A stretch of DNA of 64,000 nt from Podarcis melisellensis (taxonomy: Eukaryota). Below the pieces are notes generated by a model, which saw only the letters and a program-made list of their open reading frames with translations, did not search any database and was not told the DNA's origin. Positions within the stretch are counted from its first letter, which is position 1. Every line of letters starts with the position of its first letter. The DNA lies in assembly GCA_964234715.1 (NCBI GenBank), contig OZ174280.1; one strand, 5' to 3'. The position numbers were made by a program, and so were the translations under genes. Of this stretch, positions 51,613 through 64,000 are shown one piece after another.

Positions 51613-51774
51613 CACAGTAGGCCTCAGCCTGCCCCAGAATAGTGATCAATAGGCTGGGCCTAGCTTGAAATATAACCCCTGCTTTTCAGTTGCTGTCCAA
51701 GATGCTATTCCCCAACTTGGTTGGAAGTAACTATGACCACCCAGGCCCAGAACAGGGTTCTCTTGTGACAGTAA

Positions 51775-52325
51775 ATATTTACTTACTTATATTTAAATAT
51801 TTACATGTATAATCTATCTATAGTATGGATACCACCCTTCATCTGAGGATCACAGCATGATTTGCAATATAAAAATACAAAAATATGTAATATAGTAACA
51901 AAGAAAACCAATAAGACACAAACAAAGAGAGAGCGAGAGAGAGGCCATAAATTGTTTAAATAGCCAAAGATCTGGTTGTAGAGGAACATTTTCGTCAGGT
52001 GCCTAAACATATGTAATGAAGGCGCCAGGTGAGTCTCCCTAGGGAGAGCATTATACAAATGAGGAGCCACCACAAAAAGGCCCATTCTTATGTTGCCACC
52101 CTTTGGACCTCTCGTTTAGGCGGAACACGAAGAAGGGCCTCAGGTGATGATTGCGGTGTTTGGGTCAGTTCATATGGGGTGAGGCAGTCTTGAGCCATTA
52201 AAGCTCTATAGATCAAAGCCAGCACTTTGAATTGGGCCCAGAAATAGTCCGGCTGCAGTCCGACCAGGATTGGTATTATGTGTACAAACCATCTTGCCCC
52301 CGGTGAGCAACCTGGCTGTCAACAC
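51775..52325 (-). mobile_element. L2 LINE 3' end with (TAAA)-like tail
   Basis: Minus strand reads caattcaaagtgctggctttgatctatagagct (QFKVLALIYRA), then LFVVAPHLYNALPRETHLAPSL; similar to the 41150-41355 segment. Confidence 0.8.
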
Positions 52326-54927
52326 TGTCCCAGTTAAACAGGACAACTGAAAAAGTTTCCAGTCCTAGCACATGGGACTTCATAGCTGATAAGATTTCAA
52401 AACTATTCAGTATTGTATTTAGCGTTTCTACTGCTTTAGGGAGCTAGAAGGTACCAAAGGTTCCCATTCAAAAAGGAAGAACACTTAGAGAAGTTTATCT
52501 GTTGACAAGGCAAATAGAATCAGGGTGTAAGTATAGCAAAGAATGAAAGTGTTAGGAATCACTAGGTTGTTCTTATCTTTAGTTATTGTAATCTGCATTG
52601 TACAGTTGACAGTGGTAATACTGTACTGTAAATGTTTTAATTATTGTCATAAGATGCTAGTGTACCTTGTTTTTATTTCCTTTTTTACATTAATGTAAAA
52701 TATTAGTGTACATGGTTTGGAATCCTTGGCTGGATTTTGGCTCTCTGTGAGGATCTGTCTGAAATATCCTTCCTTTGGCACCTTGATATATGACCATCCC
52801 AGTTGCATAATGCCTTCAAGGTGCTGTGGGGAAGCAGTATTTTCCTTCCTCTGCGGCGTTTTCTCTGATGTGGTTCAGGTTATTAGCTATATGTATTACG
52901 TAAGTTTTCAAAGCTGGCTGTGAATGTCTTTGTGATAGTTTAATAAAGATTGAGATCTGTAGTGGTTAATAGGACTAGACAAATAAATACTCCCAGATAA
53001 GAGAACAGTGCTTGAAAAACTATGAAAGACTGACCCAAGTATATCTACAGAATGGGGTATGAGTAGTGCTAAGCAAATGGAGCTGGCAGCTGTGGTTGGG
53101 TTGCAAGCCTAGCCTTGCTTGTGGCACTTTGGAACACAAACTTTTACTACATTTGAAAAAGTTTAATAAGTTTGTCTCTGACTTCAATGACTTTGGGAGT
53201 AATTGTGGGTTTTATGGTACATGAGCACGTATGTTCCTAGTATGCACCAGCAAGTCATCACTAGTCAAGAAAGGATTTACTCAAGGATATTAATCCTTTT
53301 TAGGATCTGTACAGAATATACTTTGGCATTTTGAATTTAATTTTTTAGAAAACTTTACGGACAAGCTAGGGGAATACATCTTTATGCATTGTGCTAGATA
53401 TTTTGTGTCAGTGTAGACATTTTGAATGGATAATAGGATGTGGTGTTAATGGCTTTTTTTCTCTGTTGGTCTTAGCTCCTCAAATAGAAGAATATTCCCA
53501 GTTGTATGGGCTTTAAATAATGAATGCACATAACATAATGGTTGTATCCAATGGTGGCTTTTCACTAGTACCCCACTCACACAAGGCAGAGAACCCAATT
53601 TCCTCCCAAAATCTGAATTTCTGTTGTACAGTGATGCTCCCCTCTCTGTTATTTCTGGAATATTTGTATTATAGGTGGGAAACTATCCAGGGCAAAATCT
53701 AAAATGAAAATTTAACTTCAGTTCTATTCACTACCTATATATGCCGTTCAGTATTGTCTCAAACAATGAAAATGTCTGTCATGAATAGATTCTGCTAAGA
53801 CTTCCTCAAAGAATGACCTCTCTCTTGAATAGTGCTGCTTCCTGCACATGCAGTCAGGCTTTTCACTGCATTTGGGGATAAGTTATGCTGTGATACCTTA
53901 GCTGGCCTTCAGCTTTATTAAAGATGGTGGTTTAAATATTTATACAGGTTGAGATGGAGCCCATATAATCAGAAGTGCAGTTGCTGTGGTAACTGTGATC
54001 CTGAGAGATTGCTTTTCTTTCTTACTGCTTTAAATCTTAAGAAAGAAAGAAATCTATGATTTGTTAATTTGTGTTGGTGTTGATAACTCAGGATCAGGTT
54101 TAAATCCAAACCTTTAAAGGTATAGAGCAACCATTTTACAAAAGGTATATAAGTAACAGGTTACAATTATTATGTGGCCAATATTCTTTTTGTATTTGTC
54201 AATAAAACCTTGAAAGGAGAGGAATTAAGGCAGAAATTAATGCCCCCAATAGCTACAATTATAAAGGTTGTGATATGTAGCCCCTAAGAGTTAAGTATGA
54301 TAACTTGGGAGTTTTTGGTGATAAAATGGCAGACACAAAATCCAGTTTGTTTGACTCACATAGCAAGTGGCTGTTTAAAAGTACTTCATTCTCCCCAGGC
54401 CTAGCAGAAACATTAGCTGCTCAACCACAATACTTTTTCTTAGAATGTAAAGACATATCCATTGATTGTGAGAGAAGACGAGCAATTAGAAAATGAACTT
54501 GGGAAACAATGTTGCGCCTGTGATAGAGAAATGTCAACTGCCTCCATTCCCACACTGCCTGGTAGAAATTTGTGGTAATTTGGTTAGACTTGCTCTGCAA
54601 ATAGTAACTTCACAAGGCAAGTAGATCTGTCATGCAACAGAAAAACAGTCTGACAAGAGATTCTTTGTTGCTACTTACCTCCATCTTTTTTGGAAAGCTC
54701 AAGTTTAAAATAGAATATGAGATCCCCTTCTTTACCTTTCTTGGTGTCTAAAGTCCTATAATGGCAGGGAACATATTAGGTGCTCATTGCTATCACATTC
54801 TTATTTGTTTAATATTACTCCCCTCCTGTTGCTGCTCTTAACTATTTGAGGAAAAACAATTGATAAAAGGTGACACAGCTGGCATTTCTTATACAGGATT
54901 AGCTTGATTCTTTTCCTTTCTTCACAG

Positions 54928-55020
54928 GCCTCCAGAACTAGCATCAAAGTATGCTAACATCTCAGAGGGGGTTTGCAAGCCTGGATATGCATCTGCACTC
55001 ATGACTGCCATCTTCCCAAA
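54928..55020 (+). CDS. ST3GAL3: ST3GAL3 93-nt exon (exon 5)
   Basis: ttttcctttcttcacAG|GCCTCCAG...CCCAAA|GTAAGT. Reads (L)PPELASKYANISEGVCKPGYASALMTAIFP(K) versus human LPAELATKYANFSEGACKPGYASALMTAIFPR. Keeps the N-x-S sequon and the Cys. Phase 2-2. Confidence 0.96.
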
Positions 55021-57449
55021 GTAAGTTACCTGTGCCTTCAGGTTTGTGCATTACAGACCTTTACTCCTACCATAATATTTTCCCCTGTTTGTGGTACGAT
55101 GATGATGACAATGATTAAGGTAATATCGTAATTTAGAGATTTGGGGGACTATATTCTTAGTGATTTATAAATTATCAGGGACGTATGTTACAGTAACATA
55201 AAATAAGCTAGTTTTGTGAAGCCATAATCAAAGCCACTTAACACATTTTGAAAGATTTCAAACATCATCTCCTCATGTCATTAAAAGTTACTACCTAATT
55301 TATGGGCAAAATCAACATATTTCATAATCTAAAACTGTACCTTGAAACAGGAGGACAAACAGTACCGATTAATTCCAAAATATAAATTTCACTGGTCATA
55401 CATGCATAATTTCTTATCATATTTGCCATCCTTTACAGCATTTAATAATATGAAACTGTGTCTGAATATTCATGTATTGTTTCTCTTCCTTTCCCATTTC
55501 CCTTTTTTATGCATTCCATCTTTTTAGATTGCCTAGAATTGCACTGATAAAGATAGGTTGATTTTTACCCACAAGACTGACCCTCCCAGCAGGCAGAGTG
55601 AGGGAACTGCCTCAAGTACCTAATTTGTAGGTGTTATGAAAGGCTAGTTACTTACCGTAATCTTTTTTGTATGCTAACTGCTAGTGAAGGGGAGATGTGC
55701 TTGTGGGTGCCAAATGACTTTGAATTGAAGAGGAGTTGCCTTGTCCACCATCCAGTCCAATTTAGGTTCTTAGAAGCATATATGATTCTTCACTTGATTT
55801 TTGCAGTCATCAAGTAGTTTGTATATGCGTGTGTGTGTCTGCCTTGCTTATAAAGTAAGTTGTTTCTTGGATAAAAATAGAACCATGTTATAGTATGATG
55901 ACACTGGTGATTCTCAAATATATGTGAATATCTGACAGCATGCAAGAGATTTCAGGAGCTGAAAGGCAGAAACCAGTATTCACTGTTTGGCTTTAAATGG
56001 CTTGTTGCTGTGTCCTTGTTCATTGAAAAGATCATTCTAAATTGGAGGCCTTTGCTCATATGAGAGTTGGATAGCTGAATAGCTTTTGACCTTTCTTTGG
56101 GAAGAGGGGTCTGGCTTTCCACATTTAATACAAGGGCCTCCAGTCCTACGGAATATGCCTGTGGTATACAGTGCACAATGTGACAAAGCCCTTCCTAACC
56201 CTGAGGATTTTCTGCTCACAAACAAGCTGCAGTTATGTACCAGTGTACAAACCCTGCTTGCCTGCCTGCCTGCCTACCATTTTGTAGTTCACAGTTGTGT
56301 GGAAATAACAAAGCACATTCGCATCATAAGTCAAGAGTTTCTGGTCTGCTGTTTTAAAAGGAGATAAAACATGTATAACTCATTATGAAGTTCTTCCAGT
56401 AGCATTTCTCAGTGTACGTGTGGATTTATTGAGAGATGAATTCAACAAAGTATAGGTAATGTTGGGTTTTATAATGTGACTTCAGGACTATATTCACTGT
56501 GTATCAGCAGTGAATAATGTACAGATGTGTAGGTTCAAAAGATGGTGGTCACTTTTATATCTAGTTTTGAGTATAATTCAGTAAAATGTAATCTGGTTGC
56601 TATGAAAAGGGGCTCTGGAGTTCCGTGCTAAAAAATTATATTCTGTTGTTAGGGTACACTAGACAGACTTTGAAAATGTGTGTCCAGTTGCCTGATGTGA
56701 ATGGGAGATTGCAGAGTGAAATCCTGCTGGCAGTATGTGTCTGCTTTGCTGCAGTGTTAGAAACTGAGATATGAAAGCTAGGAGCTAAACCTAGGTTATT
56801 GGCGCAACAATGGAATGTCTAGACACACACTTCTTTTATAACAAGAATACAAAGGTGAAAATGAATGAACTGCAGCTAAAATATTTTGTTCGTTTTTCAC
56901 ATGGTCTAGTCCCTGCAGGGCATTATGATATATTCCCTTAAAGGATGAGCAACATCTACTAGCATTTGGGTTTGAGCTTTCAGAAAGGAAATCAATAGAG
57001 TAGCCACTTAGGGGTCAGTTCATATTTTCATGAGGCACTATAAGATACTTGCTTGATTGCAGGTGCCACTTCTGAAAGGTGGATGTTGAAGAATATTCTG
57101 GGAGACTGAATTTTTGAGGGCATGTTTTACACAAGTTGAAGCTTGCCTTGTACATTCCATGGACCCTAAGGAGAGATGTAGTTTTGCCTTATCTGTATAT
57201 TGTTCCTCTTGTTCCTCTTGATGGATATGGGACAGTCTGGCACAATGGTCATTGGAGCCTTTCTGTTGTCTTACTTAGGAGTGAGAGTAGGCAGGGACAC
57301 CAGGGGTCGTCCCCCTGTCATGTCCCCTCATTATTCTTCCTCTGTTCTTAGTTACCTGTTTAGTTTTCAAGTTTGCTAAGGTACTGTTAGATTGGCAGAT
57401 ACTTGGAGAATGACATTGCTCAGGCGCAGGTGTGCCAGCTTGGCCCCGT

Positions 57450-57708
57450 GAAGAAGAAGAGGAAGAAGAGTTTGGATTTGGTATCCTGCTTTATCAGTAC
57501 CCTAGGGAGTCTCAAAGTGGCTAACATTCTCCTTTCCCTTCCTCTCCCACAACAAACACTCTGTGAGGTGAGTGGGGCTGAGAGACTTCAAAGAAGTGTG
57601 ACTGGCCCAAGGTCACCCAGCAGCTGCATGTGGAGGAGCGGAGATGCGAACCCGGTTCCCCAGATTATGAGTCTATCGCTCTTAACCACTATACCACACT
57701 GGCTCTCC
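57450..57708 (-). mobile_element. tRNA-derived SINE (Squam3-type), full length, nested in an older hAT-like MITE (~57427-57846)
   Basis: Reverse complement of the element at 1-292: (GAA)n tail at 57450, head ...cttaaccactataccacactggctctcc. Flanks show degenerate inverted ends gtgtgccagct / agttggtacctatg. Confidence 0.85.
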
Positions 57709-58844
57709 ATGACTGTGGGTGCCCAGGGTTGTGGATGCCATGCAGCGTGCATGGCCCTGCCATGGACCTTGTGGATGCCCGGGCCCTTCATGGGGAATTT
57801 TGTGGGTGCTCAGGCACCCAGGACCCCAGGGAGTTGGTACCTATGTTCAGGCATACTTTGCAGGGAGCCCATCTTTCCAGAAGAAGACCAAAATGGAGAA
57901 AGGCCCTTTCTGTCTGCACATTGCCTCACATTCATATATGGCCAAGTTCCTGTTTCTCAACTATAGATGCTGTAAGGCTGCTGCAATCTGGCTGTGACGT
58001 TAGTTCTTGATGATAGTTCAGTATGTGTTGGAAAAGACAAATGATGCTGAAATTTGTCATGGTGGGGCCTTAGTTCTGGGGGAGCTAATTTATGGTGAGC
58101 AATTATTTTAATTATTGCATTTTGGAAGCTTCCATATGTATTAGGTATCACATTTAAATTAAAACCTGGAACATTTCAAAATGATATATATGAAATGTTT
58201 CTGTGTTTCTTCACACTTTGGTTTTCATTATGTGCCCGTGGCAGCTTCACAAAATGTGATCTCTTTTCCCTCAGTTCAGTTTCAGCAAGTATCTTTTTTT
58301 TTTTAAGCGTGAGGTGACAGGCTTGTTGCTTTAAAGCCCCAGTTAAGTTCAAAGGCTCCAGTTGTCCTTGCAAATTAACTCAACTCCTCTCCACTGAGAT
58401 AGCAGTATCTGCTGTAGATATTAATTCTTTCGGTTAATATAAAATGTTCAGCTTAATACTATCACCTATTTTACCAAAGCCTTAGTAATTTTAAAAGGGA
58501 GGGAGGGTGTGTCCATTCATGAATTAGTCTGTTTTGGCAGTTTTATACTGATTATGTTGCATAGTAATCTTCCTTGCATGACCCTTGCTCCCTCCCTCCC
58601 CCCTCTTGTGATTCTAGGACTCGTTTTCTGCTTTTTCTGCTTTTCTACCTTCTGCAGTATAGAAGGATTTAATTAACAGTGATGCCCCCTCTAGTAATTA
58701 GTGCACGGTATCCTTATTTGATGACTATACTAGTGAGAGAGCCAAGGAATATGAAATACTCTCTTTTCCAGGTTGATGAATTAGTGGAGATTTACAGTTT
58801 TACTGGCTGAGAATTCCTGGTTCTCAAAAAAGGGAAAGCAGACA

Positions 58845-58925
58845 CAGTACCTGTTTATATCAGCCAACTAATGCTTAAAATGCTAGAAAAATACTTTTGA
58901 GTTGCATAATGCTCTTCATTAGGAT
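58845..58925 (-). mobile_element. Old Penelope-like 3' end
   Basis: Minus strand reads cctaatgaagagcattatgcaactcaaaag...ttagttggctgatataaacaggtactg, the same layout as 6783-6858. Confidence 0.45.
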
Positions 58926-59534
58926 GATAAACAACCACTGATATTAATGATCATGGTGTTGTTGTTTTATCTAGTTTTTACTCAACAGTGCTGGCAGACT
59001 ATTTAATACCAAGCTAGAGAAAATAATTGAAGTATACATTAACTAGAAGACAAATAGTCCATGTTGTTAAGGGTTCACGTTTGCAGAAGTCAAACCCTGA
59101 CTTAGCCATGAGGTTTACTGGGAAGTATGACCCAGTCACACTGACACACTCACAGCACCCAAATGACATATCCCTGCATTTGTATGACTATTACATGAGA
59201 ATGCACCCAACAACTACCATCTAGATCTTATCTATCTCCCTAGACTGAAACATAAAAATCATGGGAAGCAAAAACCTGAGACTTTTATTATTCAGACCAT
59301 AGAGACAGATGTGTTCTGTGATTTGATGGCAGTTAGGGGCTGATCCTGTGTTTAAAAAAAGAAAGTTATGCACATTCAATCTAGTCAATCGGAGTAGCAC
59401 AGACCACTGCTGAAGAATGACTTAAATATAGCCAGGAATAGGATAAAGGAAATTCGGGGGTGGGGTAAAAGCAACAGCAGCTATTGCAGGTACCGAGTGG
59501 ATCATGGATTCATTATTTTTTCCTTCTGTAATAA

Positions 59535-59760
59535 GAGGATAAGAAAAATGATATTGGGTCCGGCCAAAGGCCTATCTAGTCCTGTTCTCACAATGGCCAA
59601 CCAGATGCCTATACGAAGACTGAAAACAAAATTTGAGTACAATAGTGCTCTCCTCACTTATGATTCCCAGCAATTGTTATTCAGAGGTACACTTCCTCTA
59701 ACACTTCTTCTAACATATTAATAGCCATGAATTTGTCTAATACACTTTAATAGCCATGTA
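59535..59760 (-). mobile_element. Old CR1-type 3' fragment
   Basis: ggccaaaggcctatctagtcc...caatggccaaccagatgcctat; a related fragment lies at ~560-600. Confidence 0.55.
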
Positions 59761-62669
59761 ATCATCAGAACCATCATCACGTCTTCAGCTTCTGGTTTAT
59801 TGAACATCACCACCATGAGTCTTAAATATTGATGCAGTTGAAAAGACATGAATTGCTTTTGCTATTGAGAGAGACACCCTGCAGCTTTGTGTTATTATCT
59901 GCTGCACACTTGCAATAGTTCTTCAATCATTTTCTCTGCCCCTCTCCAAATAATAAGTTAATTAGTTGGGCTGGAATTAACCATTGCTCTAATACGATTT
60001 TTCCATCAGTACATGCATTTCTGCTTGCCTGGTGGAATGATCTCCCCTCTCTTCCCCCTGTGCTTTCTTCTGGAGGTTCTCTTGACCCCCAGAGCCAGTG
60101 TGGAGGAGGGAACCTCTACTGCTCCAACTCCTACAGGTGCAACTATTGAATTGAATCAAATCTGGCCCTAAATAAAACAAACCATCTTTCAAGTTGATTA
60201 GCACAGCCTAGATTAATGAGTGACAGATCGTTTTACTCCTCATAACTTTTTATCATGCTGAAGTGTTGAGGCAGCTGTTGCCACAAAACAATGTGGGTGG
60301 GCAAATGAGGAATAATCCTCCCTGTTCCATCCTCCCCACTCTGTGCCGAAGAGGCCTGGTGAGCCCAGTTCTGCCACTGCCTACAAGCAAAAGTAAGTGG
60401 GTGGACAGGCTAGGAAGAAGAAGCCCAGACAAATGGAGAATGTCTTCCATTTTCCATCCACTGCCACTTCCTCACAGAATACCCTCCCCCCCTTATCCGA
60501 TTAAGATCCAAAATAAAAGGTATGACATCCAATCAGAAGTAATGGCAGAAGCAAGTGTGCTCGCATTAAAAGAGGTGAGCAAGTCCAAACAAAGTAATGA
60601 GGGACTGTTTGCAGTGGAAGGGAGAAAAGAAGTCCCTTCGCTCTTGTTTGAAATTAAGGGACTTTCCATGGGTGCCAGAGGGGAGACTATGGACACACTT
60701 GTGCCTGTGGTTGCCACAATGGCACTCCCTCTCCAGCCAATTAGACCTCCTTCCAAGCATCTTACTTTCCATTTTGACTTGCCTTTTTACTCAGCACTCA
60801 GAACCTATTAAGCAGTTGGAAAGCTATGACACACTGGAAAATGTTTATAATGCAAATTAATGAAATCTATTATTTTGGTTCAGTATTGGGATGTAAATGA
60901 AGGGTTTTTTTAGTATAAATATTTCAAACTCTATGAATAGGTGCAGGACATCTAATATCTGGAGAAAGTTGTTTACAGGTTGCAGTTGGGAGGCTTCCTT
61001 ATGCTAAGCTCTGTGGAGATTGAACGATGCTTTTTCTCTGAAAATGTTACAGCGTTTGGATATGGATGTTCTCAGAAGTGCCTACTATGGGCTTTGTTTA
61101 GTCTGGAGAGCATATACCACAGCAGAAACCATTAAGGGAGTCTCCAGTTTTATTGGGCTTTCCACTGACACTTGTGGTCATAACTGAGAAATTTGCAAAT
61201 AACAGTGACAGAAGGCTGATGGCTACCTTTGACTGAAGTCATAACTTGGAATGGAATTTTCTCGGCTCCTGAGCCATTGTCTCCTTGTACTGAAGTTTAA
61301 TACAGGCACATTTCCTCCCTTTTCTGTGCTTAATGCTACTTAATCTCTGTGTTCAGTCAAACTAATCACATTAAATCCCCAGATGAAAGATGCAATTATA
61401 GCTGGACATGTTCAAAATTTGTTCTGTTGTGTTATGGTAAATGGAAGTTCAGAGCACCACAAAATTCCATGCTGCTGTTCTAAAGTGTTGTGAACTGCTT
61501 ACCAACATTTCATCACACGCAGTTTATTCCTTGTTCCTAGGTTTTCCATAGTTATTTTGTGATTTCAAACGAGGCCTGCAAAGAGTTTGCCCGAGGCTTG
61601 AGGCGGGAGTCTTGTGCATGACAGCGTAAGACCAGCAAGCCCCTAGCAGTACCCCCACCCCACCCTGGCCAGCTTAGCCCTCTAAGGCCTGGGGCTGCCC
61701 CCACCCTCTGCTTGGGCCTGTGTAAAACTGTTCCTGAAAAGACCAGGAAACTTGACAAAGAAAAGACAGCAGTTCTATGAACATTTACCTGAGAGCTAGT
61801 CCCATTGAATACAGTGGGACTTCCTTCCGAGTAAATATTCACATGGTGCAAGCAGGTATTGACCGATTAATAGAACAGATAGCACCGCGTTACACAAACC
61901 AGGTCATATTTTTTTACAATCTGTTTTGTCAATCTTGTGTTAGGAGTAAGATTCATACACATAATCTCAGTAATAGTGTTCATGCCCATATTACAGAAAG
62001 AGGGCTGAGCCTGAGGGTAATGGCTTGCTTAAGGGCTCAGTGAATTCAAGACTCAGGTGAGATTTAAATTTCCTGGGTATTAAGCCATTATTTTGAACAG
62101 CAACTTCTACTCAACATCTAAAGACATGGTTATTCTCACTTGAAGAGTGATCATGCCCTGTAGTTTACATCACTTGTGGTATACCATGCTTTGTTTGTGA
62201 AAGTGAGGAACATAACTAGAGACAAGGCCAGTATCAGCAGAACTGATAAAAATAGCACAAAATATACTCAGAGGGGAATCTGCCTGTTTATTTCTAGAGC
62301 CTGGACTTTTGCCTAGTGGTGAGAGTATCTAGACAATAAAACTGCTAGGTTTGTTCAGCACATTTCCATGTTAGTTCCAGAGAAAGAGAGAGAAAATTAG
62401 GCAAAGTGTTCAACTCTTTTTGTGGAATACAGAGGGGTTTTGGATTCGTGGCTTATTTTGACACTGATCAATTTTAATTAGAATGGAGGGAAAAGATAGC
62501 TATTGCCTGTAAGAAAATACTATAAAAATCTACACACATATCAGAAAATGTTGCTTTGCATATAGCTGAAATGTTTAGCTGCTCTTCTAAGAAAGAGATG
62601 TTCTTAGAATCCCAGACTTGGAAGTCTGTACCTGTAATTTGACTTTCCATTGCAGAGACTTGAAATGTT

Positions 62670-63310
62670 GCATTTAGTTATTTAAAATATTTATATCCTG
62701 CCTTTTGTGGCTAACAGGTTTGCTTGTTTCTTTTTACTTTTACATAAGTATCAGTTAATAGAAATAAATTAAAATAACCTAAAATTCTAAATTCAAATAA
62801 ACAATTCCAAATTATAAAAGGAGATACCTATCTGTAAAATAGTAGTTGCCAGTAAAGACAGCACAATAGACACTCAAATCTTAGGAGAAATTCTCTTAGC
62901 ATGGCACCTCAAGATCAACAAAGCAAGCACCAAGCATGTATCTGTGGGGGGAGCATTCCACAAGTAGTACACCACTACATTTCGGCCAATCTAGCAGTTT
63001 GAAAGCACATCAGTGCAAGTAGATAAATAGGTACCGCTGCGACGGGAAGGTAGATGGCATTTCCATGCGCTCTGGTTTCCATCACAGTATTCTGTTGTGC
63101 TGGAAGTGATTTAGTTATGCTGGCCACATGACCCGGAAAGCTGTCTCTGAACAAACGCTGGCTCCCTCAGCCTGAGGTGAGATGAGCACCGTACTCCAAA
63201 GTCACCTTTGACTGTACTTAACCGTCCAGGGGTCCTTTACTTTCTCCTTTACCTTACACCACTACAAAAGGCCCATTATTTGGTCGCCCCCCCCTTTAAC
63301 CTCCGAATGC
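62670..63310 (-). mobile_element. L2 LINE 3' end, split by a Sauria SINE
   Basis: gggagcattccacaag...|...ccactacaaaaggcccatt aligns to ggagagcattatacaaa...ccaccacaaaaaggcccatt at 52040-52090. Tail-like atttagttattt at ~62672. Confidence 0.7.
62980..63254 (+). mobile_element. Sauria SINE, 5'-truncated, different or older subfamily, inserted in an L2 3' end
   Basis: Shares ctagcagtttgaaagcac, gtgcaagtagataaatagg, gctggccac-tgacccggaa and gagatgagc with the young copies, has a degenerate CCTTTA tail and a different central block. 12-bp TSD TACACCACTACA at 62968-62979 and 63255-63266. Confidence 0.85.
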
Positions 63311-64000
63311 AAAGGTACCTGAAATACCTAGTTGGTGTTCTTTGTCTTGGGAGACAGTGGGAGAGTGTCCTTTGGAGGTTAAGTCAAACTGTTGGAAGGT
63401 TACAGCACCTGCTGTGGCTGTAGAGACTGATACGGGACGGACATGTTTTGTTGCAGCTGGGGCAGATGAAGGTGTCTGGTGCTGGTACTGGTGCTGCTGC
63501 AGATGCACCATGGCGTCATTCCTCCTCTATGCTATGGATGTACAACCTGACTGTCTCTAGGCACTGCGGTTGTTTGTCAGCCTTCGTGTCACATTTGCAT
63601 GCATCTTTGTAATGCAAGGTTGGTCTGCCAATTGGCCTGGTGCCTTAAGCCACATCCTCAGGACCTCTGAATATCATCTGGAAAAGTGGGCAGGTTCATA
63701 TGGAAACAAAGGGTGGTATTCACCTAACCAGCCCTGTCAGTGGAAGCCTTTGCAATGACTTCTGCTTGCACTAAGGAGCTTCCTCCATCTCTGAACTCCA
63801 TGCCCCCAGAATTGACTTGGGAGGGTTCTGGAAAACCTCTTGAGTGTTTTGGGGGAGGCAAGGGGGAATTATTGCATCTGGCAATGCTTGCACAGATGGA
63901 AGCATTAGTAGAGCATAATGTTGAATTCCACCTAGTCCTTTTTACAGTGAATATGAATTCATTTCTTACTGTATCCAAAACGTTGTGATTCTAATGATCT

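Noticed and set aside
57403-58010. 187-aa and 126-aa ORFs
   Set aside because: They are made of an antisense SINE plus a GC-rich MITE, so they are chance ORFs.
61520-61620. Possible ST3GAL3 exon 6 after the acceptor-like ttccttgttcctAG at 61540
   Set aside because: The translation does not resemble the expected FSKPAPMFLDDSFRKW; exon 6 was not found and presumably lies beyond the window.

Overview
Eukaryotic (vertebrate) genomic DNA, about 99% intronic. The repeat content (Sauria/Squam1 SINEs, Squam3-type SINEs with CTT tails, L2, CR1, Penelope, Tc1, hAT MITEs) points to a squamate reptile, probably a lacertid lizard. The window carries four consecutive + strand coding exons of the sialyltransferase gene ST3GAL3: 3023-3137, 27975-28022, 42834-42876 and 54928-55020. 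They join in frame to give the N-terminal ~100 aa (cytoplasmic tail, signal-anchor and stem). The non-coding first exon and the catalytic-domain exons lie outside the window. None of the supplied ORFs is a complete gene: they are transposon relics, microsatellite or N-gap artefacts, or chance ORFs. The points most worth checking are a decayed Tc1 element with both IR/DR ends resembling fish Tzf elements (possible horizontal transfer), Penelope ends with hammerhead-ribozyme relics (one with an unusual triplicated junction), inverted SINE pairs that could drive A-to-I editing or back-splicing of ST3GAL3 exons 2-5, and a duplicated micro-exon-like unit in intron 4. I found no evidence for a wholly new biological system. 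Family names come from recall of consensus sequences, not from a database search.
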